DNA of 61,345 nt, the filler included. It is 3 parts of 3 records of this genome, joined end to end, with 100 filler letters (N's around TTAATTAATTAA, not from the genome) between each part and the next. Parts side by side here need not be neighbours in the genome. Positions count along the whole stretch, not along the records: positions 26,178 to 51,588 come from SRR20825010_410; positions 51,689 to 61,345 come from SRR20825010_428; 1 more part is not named here. One strand, 5' to 3'. Shown piece after piece: positions 47,232-57,952 of the stretch (position 1 is the stretch's first letter; every line of letters begins with the position of its first letter). Both the position numbers and the translations under genes were made by a program. Below the pieces are notes generated by a model. The model saw nothing but the letters and a program-made list of their open reading frames with translations, was not told where the DNA came from and did no database searches.

Positions 47232-48034
47232 TGAGGCAGGACTTCAACAGTGCCCGCGTAGCTCATTCGACGGCCGGCGGCGTTCTTGATCTTGGTGTCG
47301 TTGTCTTGGTGACTGGTTTCGATCCAGTACATGCCAGGTCCCGTCCAAGTGATTTGGAACTCGCCTTCTTCGTTGGTCGTGACGTTGGTTTCTTCTTGCG
47401 AGTTGCGATAACGCGTTCCGCCTTGGATCACAACGATCTCCATGTCCTTCTGAGGCTGGCCGTTGACCAAGAATCGGAACGTGGCGGTTTCACCCGCGTA
47501 CAGGTCGTTGGGATGGGTGACGGGGATCAACTCGATGCCCTTTCCGACTGGTTTCAGTGCGTCCAGCGATGGTGCACCGTTGGTGACGAACGTTTCGACT
47601 CGCCCGAAGCTTTCGGTGATGCGGAGGTTGTCGGCGTCGGCAGGAACTTCGCTTGCGATCGCATCGGCGCTTCCGCGCCAACGACGTCGTTCGCCATTCT
47701 CTTCCCAGCTTGCAAAAGCACCATCGTTGACGACAGCAACGCGATAGGTGCCACGCTGAGTCAGCGGGAGATCGAAGACGCTGCGGTATTTTCCCTTGGC
47801 TTGGTTCTCGGCTTCGACATGGGTTCCGTCAGGAGCCGTGATGACCAAGTTGTCCAATCCCAGCGGAAAGTGATTGAAGTAGAACAAGTCGTTCGAAACC
47901 GCCGCGTCAACGGTCAACCAGGGTTCGGGACCCGAGAAGACGGTTTGCGAAGGCAACAACCAAACTTTGTGGGCGTAGGTCGTGCTCGGAATGGCGGTGA
48001 GCAAAAAAGCGAGCGAAAGGAGCAAACGATTCAT
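47228..48034 (-). CDS. DUF4198 family periplasmic protein
   Basis: Signal peptide then AHKVWLLPS, VDAAVSNDLFYFNH, ELIPVTHPNDL, GMYW. Confidence 0.88.
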   Translation of the reverse strand: MNRLLLSLAFLLTAIPSTTYAHKVWLLPSQTVFSGPEPWLTVDAAVSNDLFYFNHFPLGLDNLVITAPDGTHVEAENQAKGKYRSVFDLPLTQRGTYRVAVVNDGAFASWEENGERRRWRGSADAIASEVPADADNLRITESFGRVETFVTNGAPSLDALKPVGKGIELIPVTHPNDLYAGETATFRFLVNGQPQKDMEIVVIQGGTRYRNSQEETNVTTNEEGEFQITWTGPGMYWIETSHQDNDTKIKNAAGRRMSYAGTVEVLPQ

Positions 48035-48060
48035 GGTCAATCTCGTGTTTAAAAGGGAGT

Positions 48061-48609
48061 TCATTTGGAGGGGGGAATGACAAACGTGGTGTCGCCGAGT
48101 TCTTCTTTGCCAGTGGCTTTCAACTTCTGAGTCGTTTTGGACGGCCACTCAAATGGCAGTTCCAACACTTCACGCCCGCCAACTTCTCGCGAAGCTTCCA
48201 CCATCAGGCTGTACTTTCCGGCGGGCAATTTCGAGAAACGTTGGTTGGCATCGTCGAATGCCAACTCATGTTTTCCGGCCGGTCGTGTCGCACCTGAAAC
48301 GCCATCGACGGGCATTTGCAAGGAACGTCCGGAACGCCGCCACCACTGACGAAGGTCGGGCAACCATTTCGTGCCTTCTCCTTCGCCCGATTTGGTCAGT
48401 TGGTACCAAACGGCCAGGTTTGCGACGCATTTTCGGTTTTCGTCTTGGATCCAGATTGCCACATAAGGACGGTGGTATTCCGAGACATTCAACCGTGGGA
48501 TTTCAACGGTGGCTTTCCAGTCTTCAGCGGTTGTTTGGCAGACGCCAAGCAGAGCGATGCCGAGCATCAACGCAATTCGATTCATCATGGAAGGAAGTCG
48601 AGTCATCAA
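48061..48609 (-). CDS. DUF2271 family exported protein with a flavinylation motif
   Basis: EYHRPYVAIW, KWLPDLRQWWR, DGVSGAT, EASREVGGRE. Confidence 0.88.
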   Translation of the reverse strand: MMTRLPSMMNRIALMLGIALLGVCQTTAEDWKATVEIPRLNVSEYHRPYVAIWIQDENRKCVANLAVWYQLTKSGEGEGTKWLPDLRQWWRRSGRSLQMPVDGVSGATRPAGKHELAFDDANQRFSKLPAGKYSLMVEASREVGGREVLELPFEWPSKTTQKLKATGKEELGDTTFVIPPSK

Positions 48610-48624
48610 GAGGAAGGAAAGTGT

Positions 48625-49281
48625 TCAGTGAATGAGCAATACGGCCAATAGGAACGGCAGAAAGAGTCCGAGTCCGACCAGCGGCCAAGTCATTTTTCGA
48701 CGCCGAGCGTGTTCAACCAGCAACAGCAAACCAGTGAGACAGAACACCAGCGTGGCAATTGCGAAAAGATCAAGGAACCATTTCCATGCCGCACCTGTGT
48801 TGCGTCCTTTGTGCAAATCGTTGAAGTAGGAGATCCAACCACGCTGGGTCGATTCAAATTCAAATTCACCGGTTTCGCGATCAATCGCCAGCCACGCGTC
48901 GGATCCGGGGCCGGGCATCGAGAGGTAAACCTCATCCTCCGACCAATCCGCTTTTCGACTGCCGATTGATTTGCCAGTTTGTTCGGTCAGCCACTCGGCT
49001 AATTCAGGCGGCAGAGCGGCGGATTCTTCTTCCGTCGAGTTCGCCAGCAAACTCATGAACTTCGGCGGCAAATCATCAATGACCGAATCGCGTTGCGGTT
49101 CGGTTTCGATTTGGGAAGCGTGGTTCAGGGTGATGCCGGTGATCGCAAACCCCAACATTCCGATCAAGCAAACTGCCGAGCTGGTCCAGTGCCACAGCAC
49201 CACCATTCGCAAAGCAGCGGATGAGAATCCGGTCTTTCGAATGGTGGGCGTTGAAGACGTTTCGGCAGTCGGGGTGCTCAT
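48625..49281 (-). CDS. PepSY-associated TM helix protein
   Basis: [33 protein letters not shown]. Confidence 0.9.
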   Translation of the reverse strand: MSTPTAETSSTPTIRKTGFSSAALRMVVLWHWTSSAVCLIGMLGFAITGITLNHASQIETEPQRDSVIDDLPPKFMSLLANSTEEESAALPPELAEWLTEQTGKSIGSRKADWSEDEVYLSMPGPGSDAWLAIDRETGEFEFESTQRGWISYFNDLHKGRNTGAAWKWFLDLFAIATLVFCLTGLLLLVEHARRRKMTWPLVGLGLFLPFLLAVLLIH

Positions 49282-49306
49282 CGAGGTGTTGAAGTCCAGC
49301 GAGGAA

Positions 49307-50395
49307 TCATTGGGACGAAATGGTCTCGATCTCGCGTCCCATTCGTGTCCAGCTTGCGTGCCAGACTTCTTGTTCGACCGAATCGGTCACGTTTTGAACG
49401 CTGCCATCGGCCATCAGGACTTTCACGAGCCCGGTATGATAGCTGCGTGGTCCGGTGATTTTGGCTGAACGGAAACTGAGATCAGGAATTTGACTGTTCG
49501 GTGGCAAGAAGCCATTCATGACGGCTCCATCAGGTACCGACCCACGCAACCAGTAGTGGTTGCGGCTGCCATCCCAACTGCTCGTGACCGCTTCGACACC
49601 GGCGTATTGGTTTTGAGCTGCTGCTTCCAAGACCGTCGTGGCGATGGAACTGACAGACGCACGATTCGATCGGACATCCATCTTGGGCGAGACGGTGGCG
49701 ACATCGAGTCCGGACCCAATGCCCGTTTCAGCGAACAGGATTGTGTGAGAGGTTCCATCGAGAATGTCACGGAATTTTAGCTTGGCGTTGACCCAGCACA
49801 TGCCGTCCGATGGTGTGCCGTTGCCGGGGTGAAAGACACCGTCTTGGCCGCTGCCTTGATTCATGCTGTAGCTGGTTCCCGCAATTTGAATGACATCGCC
49901 CGATGGCATGGTCAATCCGTGTAGAACCGCATTGACATCGCTGGGACATTCGAACGCTGGGACTCGCGTCTGGGCGGCTTCACGCAATTCGACAGGCAGA
50001 TCTTCGCGTGCAGGGTGGCCCATCGGAATACTGAAGTTGATCAGATCTTGCAGTTGGGATTGCTCCAGAAACGGCAGGATTTTTGCGTGCGGCGAGAAGT
50101 CGTTTGGATACGTTGGACCGCTGAAGCCATTGTTGGGAAACGCACCAGCGTAAGTTGATGCATAGTTGTGTGTGGCCAGTCCAATTTGCTTGAGGTTGTT
50201 GCTGCACTGCATCGACCGAGCGGCTTCGCGTGCGGATTGAACCGCGGGCAACAGCAAGCCAACCAACACGCCAATGATCGCAATCACGACCAACAATTCG
50301 ACCAGTGTAAAACCGCGACGGAGCATCGGAGACACAACTTTTTGCGTCGATGGAACGTTGATTCGCTGTGAATCAGCTTTGCGGTGGTGAGTCAT
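49307..50395 (-). CDS. DUF1559 prepilin-like protein (H-X9-DG)
   Basis: [69 protein letters not shown]. Confidence 0.95.
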   Translation of the reverse strand: MTHHRKADSQRINVPSTQKVVSPMLRRGFTLVELLVVIAIIGVLVGLLLPAVQSAREAARSMQCSNNLKQIGLATHNYASTYAGAFPNNGFSGPTYPNDFSPHAKILPFLEQSQLQDLINFSIPMGHPAREDLPVELREAAQTRVPAFECPSDVNAVLHGLTMPSGDVIQIAGTSYSMNQGSGQDGVFHPGNGTPSDGMCWVNAKLKFRDILDGTSHTILFAETGIGSGLDVATVSPKMDVRSNRASVSSIATTVLEAAAQNQYAGVEAVTSSWDGSRNHYWLRGSVPDGAVMNGFLPPNSQIPDLSFRSAKITGPRSYHTGLVKVLMADGSVQNVTDSVEQEVWHASWTRMGREIETISSQ

Positions 50396-50581
50396 TCAGG
50401 TTCTCCTAATAGGTGCACATGTTTGTGCGAGGCGAACGTGGCTGGCTGTTGAACCGGAGTTCATGGCTGGCTTCGTAACAGTGAATTGAAAAATTGCCGA
50501 GCGACGACTGTGATGACCGTCGTATGACTCAGCGATGTTTGAACGATGAGTGTTTGTTGGTTTCAGTTTCTTCGAAGCACA

Positions 50582-51588
50582 TCAACGATTCTGCGAAATC
50601 GTTTCCACTTCGCGACCCATTCGGGTCCAGCTCGCGTGCCAGACTTTTAAATCGATTGAGTCGGTCACGGTCTGCACGCTGCCGTCGGCCAAAGCGACTT
50701 TGACCAATCCCGTGTGGTTGCTGCGAGCGGCGGTGATCTTGGATGAGCCACGAACCAGGTCGGGAATGTTGCTGTTGGGTGACAAGCGGCCGTTGATGAT
50801 TGGGCCGTTGGGAACGGTGCCTCTCAACCAATAATGATTGCGGTCACCGTTCCAGCTGGTGATGTAAGACTGAACGTCGGCGATGTCACCTGAGTCCGCG
50901 AGATTGGCAACGGCGGTGCTCGCTTCCGATACACCCGCACGAAAGAATTGCGGATCCATGTTGGGAGTTGGTGTATCAGATTCCAGTCCACCACCGATCA
51001 ATGTTTCTGCAAACACGATGGTGTGACTGGTGCCGTCGAGAATGTCACGGAACTTGACCTTCGCATTGGTCCAGCACAGTCCGTCGGGTTCGCCGACGCT
51101 GGGGTGATAAACACCGTCCAAGCCGCTGCCCTGGTTCATCGAGTAACTGGTGCCCGCAATCGGAATGCTGGCTCCCGATGGCATCGTCAACATATGCACG
51201 TCCGCATTGATGTCACTGGGGCACTCATAAGTCGGGACACGAGTGCCTGCTGCTTCATGCAAGCCCTCGGGCAAATCCGCGAGAGCGGGGTGTCCCATGT
51301 AAATGTTGAAATCAATCAGATCCTGCAATTGAGCTTGCTCAAGGAACGGCAGGATTTTGGCAAGCGGCGAGTAGTCACTTGGGTACCCGCTGGGCCAGCT
51401 GTAGCCGTTGTTTGGGAAGGCACCGTTGTAGGTGGATGCGTAATTGTGGAGACCAAGCCCAAGTTGCTTGAGATTGTTGCTGCACTGCATCGATCGGGCT
51501 GCTTCGCGAGCGGCCTGGACCGCGGGCAAGAGCAGACCGACCAGGACGCCAATGATCGCGATGACCACCAACAACTCCACCAATGTGA
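50582..51588 (-). CDS. DUF1559 prepilin-like protein, 5'-partial, close paralog of the next gene
   Basis: (F)[13 protein letters not shown] at the contig edge; CPSD, DGTSHT, HTGLVKVALADG. Confidence 0.95.
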
Positions 51589-51688
51589 NNNNNNNNNNNN
51601 NNNNNNNNNNNNNNNNNNNNNNNNNNNNNNNNTTAATTAATTAANNNNNNNNNNNNNNNNNNNNNNNNNNNNNNNNNNNNNNNNNNNN
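51589..51688. other. Artificial contig linker
   Basis: 44 N + TTAATTAATTAA + 44 N. Confidence 0.98.
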
Positions 51689-51718
51689 AGCTGGTTTCAG
51701 CCACTCACCCACCTCTCC
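51689..51718 (-). tRNA. tRNA 5' part, probably tRNA-Ser (anticodon lies off the contig)
   Basis: Reverse complement GGAGAGGTGGGTGAGTGGCTGAAACCAGCT is an acceptor stem plus D-arm; the position downstream of csrA is typical of tRNA-Ser. Confidence 0.8.
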
Positions 51719-51723
51719 TTGAG

Positions 51724-51739
51724 AACGGGGCGTATACTA
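51724..51739 (-). promoter_or_regulatory. Stable-RNA promoter -10 element with GC-rich discriminator
   Basis: Minus strand TAGTAT-ACGCCCCG just upstream of the tRNA. Confidence 0.6.
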
Positions 51740-51824
51740 CCATAATTTTTCTGATTTCATAGGGTTGACACGAGTTTTTTCGAACCGCGCTCCCATAGGT
51801 TCAGAAAAGCCGTTCGAGAGACAC

Positions 51825-51860
51825 AAAAAAGCCGTTCGGGTTTCCCTCGAACGGCTTTTT
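51825..51860 (-). terminator. Intrinsic terminator after csrA
   Basis: GCCGTTCG/CGAACGGC stem flanked by A and T runs. Confidence 0.85.
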
Positions 51861-51867
51861 GTCACTC

Positions 51868-52065
51868 TCAGCTGTTGCCGGGCTCCGGCTCTTCAGAGCC
51901 TTTCTCGCTCTGAATTCGCTGATAGATTTCTTCGCGGTGAACCGCCACTTCTTTGGGGGCGTTTACACCAATGCGAACCTGGTTCCCCTTCACCCCAAGG
52001 ACGGTTACGGTGATTTCATCACCGACCATCAGGGTTTCGCCAACACGGCGGGTCAATATCAACAT
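51868..52065 (-). CDS. csrA: Carbon storage regulator CsrA
   Basis: [16 protein letters not shown]...[11 protein letters not shown]. Confidence 0.98.
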   Translation of the reverse strand: MLILTRRVGETLMVGDEITVTVLGVKGNQVRIGVNAPKEVAVHREEIYQRIQSEKGSEEPEPGNS

Positions 52066-52250
52066 GTCCTTTACTCCCTTATCCAGAGCTACCTGTTCCG
52101 ACAAATGTATACTGCTTACTTTTATAGTGGGATCACTTGCCAATCAAAAGCCGCACAATCACTTATACGTACTTATAAAAGCAAAAGCCTGCAAATGATG
52201 CCCTTTTTTCGGAAAACCAATGCGAACCGGCTTTTTATGTCCGCGTATTT

Positions 52251-53486
52251 TCAGGCTTCCTCTACCCCGGGCTTGTCCAGTTCGAACGCACTATGCAGTG
52301 CCCGAACGGCCAGCTCAAGATATTTTTCGTCAATCACCACGGAGATTTTAATCTCAGACGTGGAGATCATCAGGATATTGATTCCTTCATTAGACAGTGC
52401 TGCAAACATTTTAGTTGCAACGCCGGCATGAGACCGCATACCCACACCCACAATACTGACCTTCGCAATCTTGCTGTCGCCGCTAACTTCACGGGCACCC
52501 AGTTCGTCGGACACCCGCTGCAGAATGGCCTGGCCACGCTTGAAGTCGTTGCGATGCACGGTGAAGGTGAAATCCGTGCGGTTATCCGCACCCACGTTCT
52601 GTACGATCATGTCGACTTCAATGTTGGCATCGCTGATCGGCTGAAGTATACGCAGGGCGCTGCCCGGGGTATCCGGCACACCGGCGATCGTCAGTTTGGC
52701 TTCATCACGGTTAAAGGCTATGCCGGAGACAACCGGTTGTTCCATGGCGTTTTCATCCTCAAGTGTAATCAGGGTACCTTCGCCTTCCTCAAAGCTGGAG
52801 AGCACCCTTAAAGGAACATTGTATTTGCCTGCAAATTCCACCGAGCGAATCTGAAGAATCTTGGAGCCCAGGCTGGCCATCTCAATCATTTCTTCAAACG
52901 TAATTCGCTCCAGCCGGCGCGCGCTGTCCACTACCCGTGGGTCAGTGGTATAGACACCGTCTACATCAGTGTAGATCTGACACTCGTCAGCCTTCAATGC
53001 CGCAGCAAGAGCAACAGCAGTAGTATCGGACCCGCCACGACCAAGGGTGGTGATACTGCCGTTCTCGTCAATGCCCTGAAAACCGGCAACCACAACCACA
53101 CGACCGGCGTTGAGGTCTTCCCGCATGCGCTGCTCGTCAATCTGCTTGATGCGCGCCTTGGTATGGCTGCTGTCGGTCAGAATTCGAACCTGGGCACCGG
53201 TATAAGAGCGCGCATCACAGCCGCGCTTTTGCAACGCCATGGACAACAGAGCAATGGTCACCTGCTCCCCGGTCGAGACCAGCACGTCCATTTCCCGGGG
53301 CGTGGGCTCTTCCATGATGTCGTTGGCCAGACCAATAAGACGGTTGGTTTCCCCACTCATGGCAGATACCACAACCACCACGTCATGACCTTCCTTGCGG
53401 AAGCGGCATACCTTTTCTGCAACCGCTTCAATCCGTTCTGTGGTGCCCACCGAAGTGCCACCGAATTTTTGAACCAAGAGCGCCAT
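52251..53486 (-). CDS. lysC: Aspartate kinase
   Basis: [19 protein letters not shown], two ACT domains. Confidence 0.96.
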   Translation of the reverse strand: MALLVQKFGGTSVGTTERIEAVAEKVCRFRKEGHDVVVVVSAMSGETNRLIGLANDIMEEPTPREMDVLVSTGEQVTIALLSMALQKRGCDARSYTGAQVRILTDSSHTKARIKQIDEQRMREDLNAGRVVVVAGFQGIDENGSITTLGRGGSDTTAVALAAALKADECQIYTDVDGVYTTDPRVVDSARRLERITFEEMIEMASLGSKILQIRSVEFAGKYNVPLRVLSSFEEGEGTLITLEDENAMEQPVVSGIAFNRDEAKLTIAGVPDTPGSALRILQPISDANIEVDMIVQNVGADNRTDFTFTVHRNDFKRGQAILQRVSDELGAREVSGDSKIAKVSIVGVGMRSHAGVATKMFAALSNEGINILMISTSEIKISVVIDEKYLELAVRALHSAFELDKPGVEEA

Positions 53487-53589
53487 TTCTTTCCCGATAC
53501 CAAACGTGGACAGACAGCGGGGCAGCGCCCCACCTCAGACGACCAAATGGGCGAGATTATATACACCTGCCCATTTTGGATACAGTTAT

Positions 53590-56220
53590 CTATGCAATAT
53601 TTTTCTCAACCCAGGCAGGAACACCTGCCAGGGCATCCGCCAGCTTTGATGGGTCGTTTCCGCCACCCTGGGCCATATCTGGACGACCGCCACCTTTACC
53701 GTCAACCTGAGCCGCCAGATGCTTCATCAAATCTCCGGCCTTGATCCTGCCAGTCGCCGATTTGGTGACACCGGCCACCAGTGTCACTTTGCCGTCTTCA
53801 ACACTGGCCAGCACCACAACACCCTCGCCCAGCTTGTTCTTGAGTTGGTCGGCGGTTTCCATCAGCGCTTTGCGATCCGCGCCTTCCATTTCAGAAGCCA
53901 CCACTTTAAGGCCAGCCACATCCACGGCAGAACTGGCCAGATCGCTACCTGCAGAGCTTGCCAGCTTCGCCTGGAGAGCATTGATGTCTTTCTCCAGCTG
54001 TCGATTGCGATCCAGCGTCTGCTGAACTTTCTCGACCAGGGACTCACGCGAGCCTTTGACCAGCTTTGCAGCTTCCCGCAGGGTTTGCTCGGTCTCCTCA
54101 ACCCATTCCAGAGCGCCAAACCCAGTGACGGCTTCGATACGGCGAACGCCCGATGAAATACCGCTCTCCGATGTAATACGGAACAGCCCGATGTCGCCGG
54201 TACGCGCCACATGGGTGCCACCGCACAGTTCCACGGAGTATGCGTCAGAGCCCATGCTCAGGACTCGGACGGTATCGCCATACTTTTCACCGAACAGCGC
54301 CATGGCACCTTTGGCCTGGGCCTGTTCCATATCGGTGATTTCGGTCTCAACCGGGGTGTTACCCAATATTTGCTCATTAACCTGACGCTCGATTTCCCGC
54401 AACTGTTCCGGTGTTACCGCCTCAAAGTGGGAGAAGTCGAACCGCAGTTTGTCAGGATCTACCAGCGAGCCTTTTTGTGTAACGTGCTCGCCCAGCACAT
54501 TACGGAGCGCGGCATGCATCAGGTGGGTTGCGGAGTGGTTCTTCTTGGTCCGCTCACGACGAGCGTGGTCGATGCGGGCATCCACTTCCAGACCCGGGAA
54601 CAACTCGCCTTCAATCACGGTACCGATATGCAGGTGATTGCTGCCCTCTTTCTGGGTGTCGGTCACCTTGAAGCGGCCACCGCTCCAGGTCAGCAGGCCG
54701 GTATCGCCCACCTGACCGCCTGACTCCGCGTAAAACGGCGTGCGTTCCAGCACCAGAACCGCTTCATCGCCGGCTTGGGCCGTTTTCTCTTCACCACCCA
54801 CTATCACGGTGCGAATGGTTTCGTGGCCGTCGATATGTTCGTAACCGGTAAACTCGGTAGACCCTTCAATGTTCAAACCGGCTGCATTGTAATCCATGCC
54901 GAATTTGCTCGCCGCGCGGGCGCGCTCGCGCTGGCGCTCCATGGCTTTCTCGTAGCCATCGTAGTCCAGGGTCAGGCCACGCTCACGGGCAATGTCGTTG
55001 GTCAGGTCAACCGGGAAACCGTAGGTGTCGTACAGGGTAAAGATGGTTTCGCCCGGAATTTCGGAACTCTTGAGCGCAGCAATGTCCTGTTCAAGCAGGC
55101 GCAGGCCTTTGTCCAGAGTCTTGGCAAACTGTTCCTCTTCCTGCAGCAGCACCTTTTCAATCTGCTTGCGGCTGCTGACCAGTTGCGGGAAGGCACCGCC
55201 CATCAGCTCAACCAAAGCGCCAGTCAGCTTGTGGAAGAAAGGCTGCGTGGCACCCAGTTTGTTGCCATGGCGCGCAGCCCGGCGAATGATACGGCGCAGT
55301 ACGAAACCACGCCCTTCGTTGGACGGCATGACACCGTCGGAGATCAGGAAGGCACAGGAGCGGATGTGATCCGCCACTACGCGTAGCGACGCTTCTATGG
55401 TTTCAACGCCGCCAAGGATGTCGGAGGCTGCGTTGAGCAGGTCCTGCATCAGGTCAATTTCATAGTTGCTGTGAACACCCTGCAGCACCGCGGTGATGCG
55501 TTCCAGACCCATACCGGTATCCACCGAGGGCTTGGGCAGGGGCAGCATCTCACCGTCCGCCTGGCGGTTGTACTGCATGAACACCACGTTCCAGATTTCG
55601 ATGTAGCGGTCACCGTCTTCTTCCGGGCTACCGGGAGGACCACCATCCACATCGGGACCGTGATCGTAAAAAATTTCGGTACAGGGACCACAGGGACCGG
55701 TATCGCCCATCTGCCAGAAGTTGTCAGATGCGTATGGGGCGCCCTTGTTGTCACCAATCCGCACGATTCGATCTGCCGGAACACCAACTTCCTGATTCCA
55801 GATATCAAAGGCTTCGTCGTCGGACGCGTAAACGGTGACCCACAGTTTTTCCTTTGGCAGCTTCAGCCAGTCGTCGCCGGTCAGGAAGGTCCAGGCAAAA
55901 TTGATGGCTTCACGCTTGAAGTAGTCGCCAAAGCTGAAGTTACCCAACATTTCGAAAAAGGTATGGTGGCGCGCTGTATAGCCTACGTTCTCAAGATCAT
56001 TGTGTTTACCACCTGCACGCACGCACTTCTGCGTGGTTGTCGCCCGGCTGTAATCGCGTGCTTCGCGACCCAGGAACACGTCTTTGAACTGGTTCATTCC
56101 CGCGTTGGTAAACAACAAGGTCGGGTCGTCAGCCGGTACCAGTGAACTGCTCGGCACAATGGTGTGACCCTGCTGTTTGAAGTAATCGAGAAACGCCTGT
56201 CGCAACTCTGCGGTTTTCAT
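53590..56220 (-). CDS. alaS: Alanine--tRNA ligase
   Basis: [57 protein letters not shown]. Confidence 0.98.
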   Translation of the reverse strand: MKTAELRQAFLDYFKQQGHTIVPSSSLVPADDPTLLFTNAGMNQFKDVFLGREARDYSRATTTQKCVRAGGKHNDLENVGYTARHHTFFEMLGNFSFGDYFKREAINFAWTFLTGDDWLKLPKEKLWVTVYASDDEAFDIWNQEVGVPADRIVRIGDNKGAPYASDNFWQMGDTGPCGPCTEIFYDHGPDVDGGPPGSPEEDGDRYIEIWNVVFMQYNRQADGEMLPLPKPSVDTGMGLERITAVLQGVHSNYEIDLMQDLLNAASDILGGVETIEASLRVVADHIRSCAFLISDGVMPSNEGRGFVLRRIIRRAARHGNKLGATQPFFHKLTGALVELMGGAFPQLVSSRKQIEKVLLQEEEQFAKTLDKGLRLLEQDIAALKSSEIPGETIFTLYDTYGFPVDLTNDIARERGLTLDYDGYEKAMERQRERARAASKFGMDYNAAGLNIEGSTEFTGYEHIDGHETIRTVIVGGEEKTAQAGDEAVLVLERTPFYAESGGQVGDTGLLTWSGGRFKVTDTQKEGSNHLHIGTVIEGELFPGLEVDARIDHARRERTKKNHSATHLMHAALRNVLGEHVTQKGSLVDPDKLRFDFSHFEAVTPEQLREIERQVNEQILGNTPVETEITDMEQAQAKGAMALFGEKYGDTVRVLSMGSDAYSVELCGGTHVARTGDIGLFRITSESGISSGVRRIEAVTGFGALEWVEETEQTLREAAKLVKGSRESLVEKVQQTLDRNRQLEKDINALQAKLASSAGSDLASSAVDVAGLKVVASEMEGADRKALMETADQLKNKLGEGVVVLASVEDGKVTLVAGVTKSATGRIKAGDLMKHLAAQVDGKGGGRPDMAQGGGNDPSKLADALAGVPAWVEKNIA

Positions 56221-56350
56221 AGCCCTTTGATACCCTTCTATAAACCCGTGCGGGTCCGCGTTTAAAGACACATACTTACATGCGCTTGCAAATCCGCTAC
56301 TCTAGCACACGCCGAGAACAGGAAAAACGTGAAACATCACAGGAGAAGCC

Positions 56351-56890
56351 ATGCCCCGCCGCTTTCATACCGCTGAGGAACTCCTTCCTCCCGCTGCATT
56401 CATCAAGCGACTGATGGCGGTGATTTACGATTCGTTGATCAGCATAGCGGTGCTACTGGTAACTACCTGGATGTACACCCTTGTAGCGGGTTGGGTCACC
56501 GGGTGGGACCAATATGAAGCCATGGCGGAAGCGGGGACTCTGAAGGCAGACCCACTGCTCACATTTGTGCTGTTCCTGGCGCTGTATCTGTTCTTTGGAT
56601 ACTTCTGGACCAAAAACGGCCAGACACTCGGCATGCAGGTGTGGCGCATTCGCATTGAAAACCTGGACGGCACGTCCGTGTCCTGGACACAGGCCCTGAA
56701 GCGATACGTGGCCGCGGCGGCTATCCTGTTCGTCGCGCTGCTGGGCGCCTATTACCTGAACGCAGCGACTCTCTTCGTGACTATCCCGGCGATCCTGGCG
56801 CTGTTCTACCCGATCAATGGGTTGTCGCTGACCGACCGTGCTTCTGGCAGTATCGTTGCCACTGTCCCCAAAGAGACTAAAAAGAAGTAG
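56351..56890 (+). CDS. RDD family membrane protein
   Basis: KRLMAVIYD, GQTLGMQVWRIR, SLTDRASG; AGGAG RBS. Confidence 0.9.
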   Translation: MPRRFHTAEELLPPAAFIKRLMAVIYDSLISIAVLLVTTWMYTLVAGWVTGWDQYEAMAEAGTLKADPLLTFVLFLALYLFFGYFWTKNGQTLGMQVWRIRIENLDGTSVSWTQALKRYVAAAAILFVALLGAYYLNAATLFVTIPAILALFYPINGLSLTDRASGSIVATVPKETKKK

Positions 56891-57952
56891 CTATCCGGCC
56901 CTTTTCATCAGTACCGCACCAACCACCGCATTAATCGCGATTGGCAGGACGATTGCCAGCACCGGGTTGAAGCCAAACACCAGGCTCATGGGGCCCAGCA
57001 GATCCTGCATGTACTTGAACAACAGCCCGACAATCAGGCCCGTAAAAACCCGGAACCCCATGGTGACGGACCGGAGCGGGCCGAAAACGAAAGAAATCGC
57101 GACCAGCACCATGACTGCGGTGCCCAGTGGCATAAGCACTTTTTTCCAGAACGCCAGCCAGTAGTTGGCGGCATTCAGGCCCTGCTCTCCCAGATAGCTC
57201 GCGTAGGTATAGAGACCGGAGATCGCAAGGTCCTCCGGCTTTACAATCAGCACACTGAGAACGCTGGGCGACAGACCGGTTTCCCATCGCAGGGCCCGAT
57301 GGGTTTCCTGGGTGGTTTTTTCATCGCTTAGCTTGGTAGTGGCCACGTTTTCCAACAGCCAGTGATCGCCCTGATAGATCCCTCTTTCAGCGAAACTGGC
57401 GGACACCAGCCAACGTTCCTCATCAAATCTGAACAGCGACACCCCGTGCAAGACGCCGTTGGGCTGAACCGCATTCAGATGCATGAACACATCACCCTCC
57501 CGGTGCCAGATGCCCGAGGCAGAAGCAATATTTTCACCCGCGCCCTGGGCCACGGTCTTCTGGCTTTGTGCCATCCGCTCAGCCGGTGGCGCGATGTACT
57601 CGCCAATCAGCACACCAAGAACCACCACCACCAAGGTCGGCTTCATGGCAGACCAGACAATCCGTTTGAGAGAAACGCCCGCGGCCCGGATAACCGTGAG
57701 CTCTGACGAACTCGCCATGGTGCCGAGGCCGACCAGGCACCCCATAAAGGCGCCAAGCGGGAGGTAGTCATAGATGCGCCGCGGCAATGTCATCAACACA
57801 TAGAGCAACGCCTGGAGCGTCTGGTAATCGTTTTCCGCGTCGTCCAACTCGGCGATAAATGCGAAGATCAGGTCCAGGGAAAGCACCACAAGCATCACCA
57901 GGAACATGGCACCACCCACCGTGCTCATCACATAGCGATCGATCTTACGCAT
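56891..57952 (-). CDS. lptG: LPS export permease LptG
   Basis: IDRYV, SSELTVIRAAGVS, FGPLRSVTMG. Confidence 0.95.
   Translation of the reverse strand: MRKIDRYVMSTVGGAMFLVMLVVLSLDLIFAFIAELDDAENDYQTLQALLYVLMTLPRRIYDYLPLGAFMGCLVGLGTMASSSELTVIRAAGVSLKRIVWSAMKPTLVVVVLGVLIGEYIAPPAERMAQSQKTVAQGAGENIASASGIWHREGDVFMHLNAVQPNGVLHGVSLFRFDEERWLVSASFAERGIYQGDHWLLENVATTKLSDEKTTQETHRALRWETGLSPSVLSVLIVKPEDLAISGLYTYASYLGEQGLNAANYWLAFWKKVLMPLGTAVMVLVAISFVFGPLRSVTMGFRVFTGLIVGLLFKYMQDLLGPMSLVFGFNPVLAIVLPIAINAVVGAVLMKRAG

Noticed and set aside
26178..51588. Planctomycete segment as a genomic island inside a proteobacterium
   Set aside because: It is bounded by artificial linkers, has no integrase, and the two flanks come from different classes.
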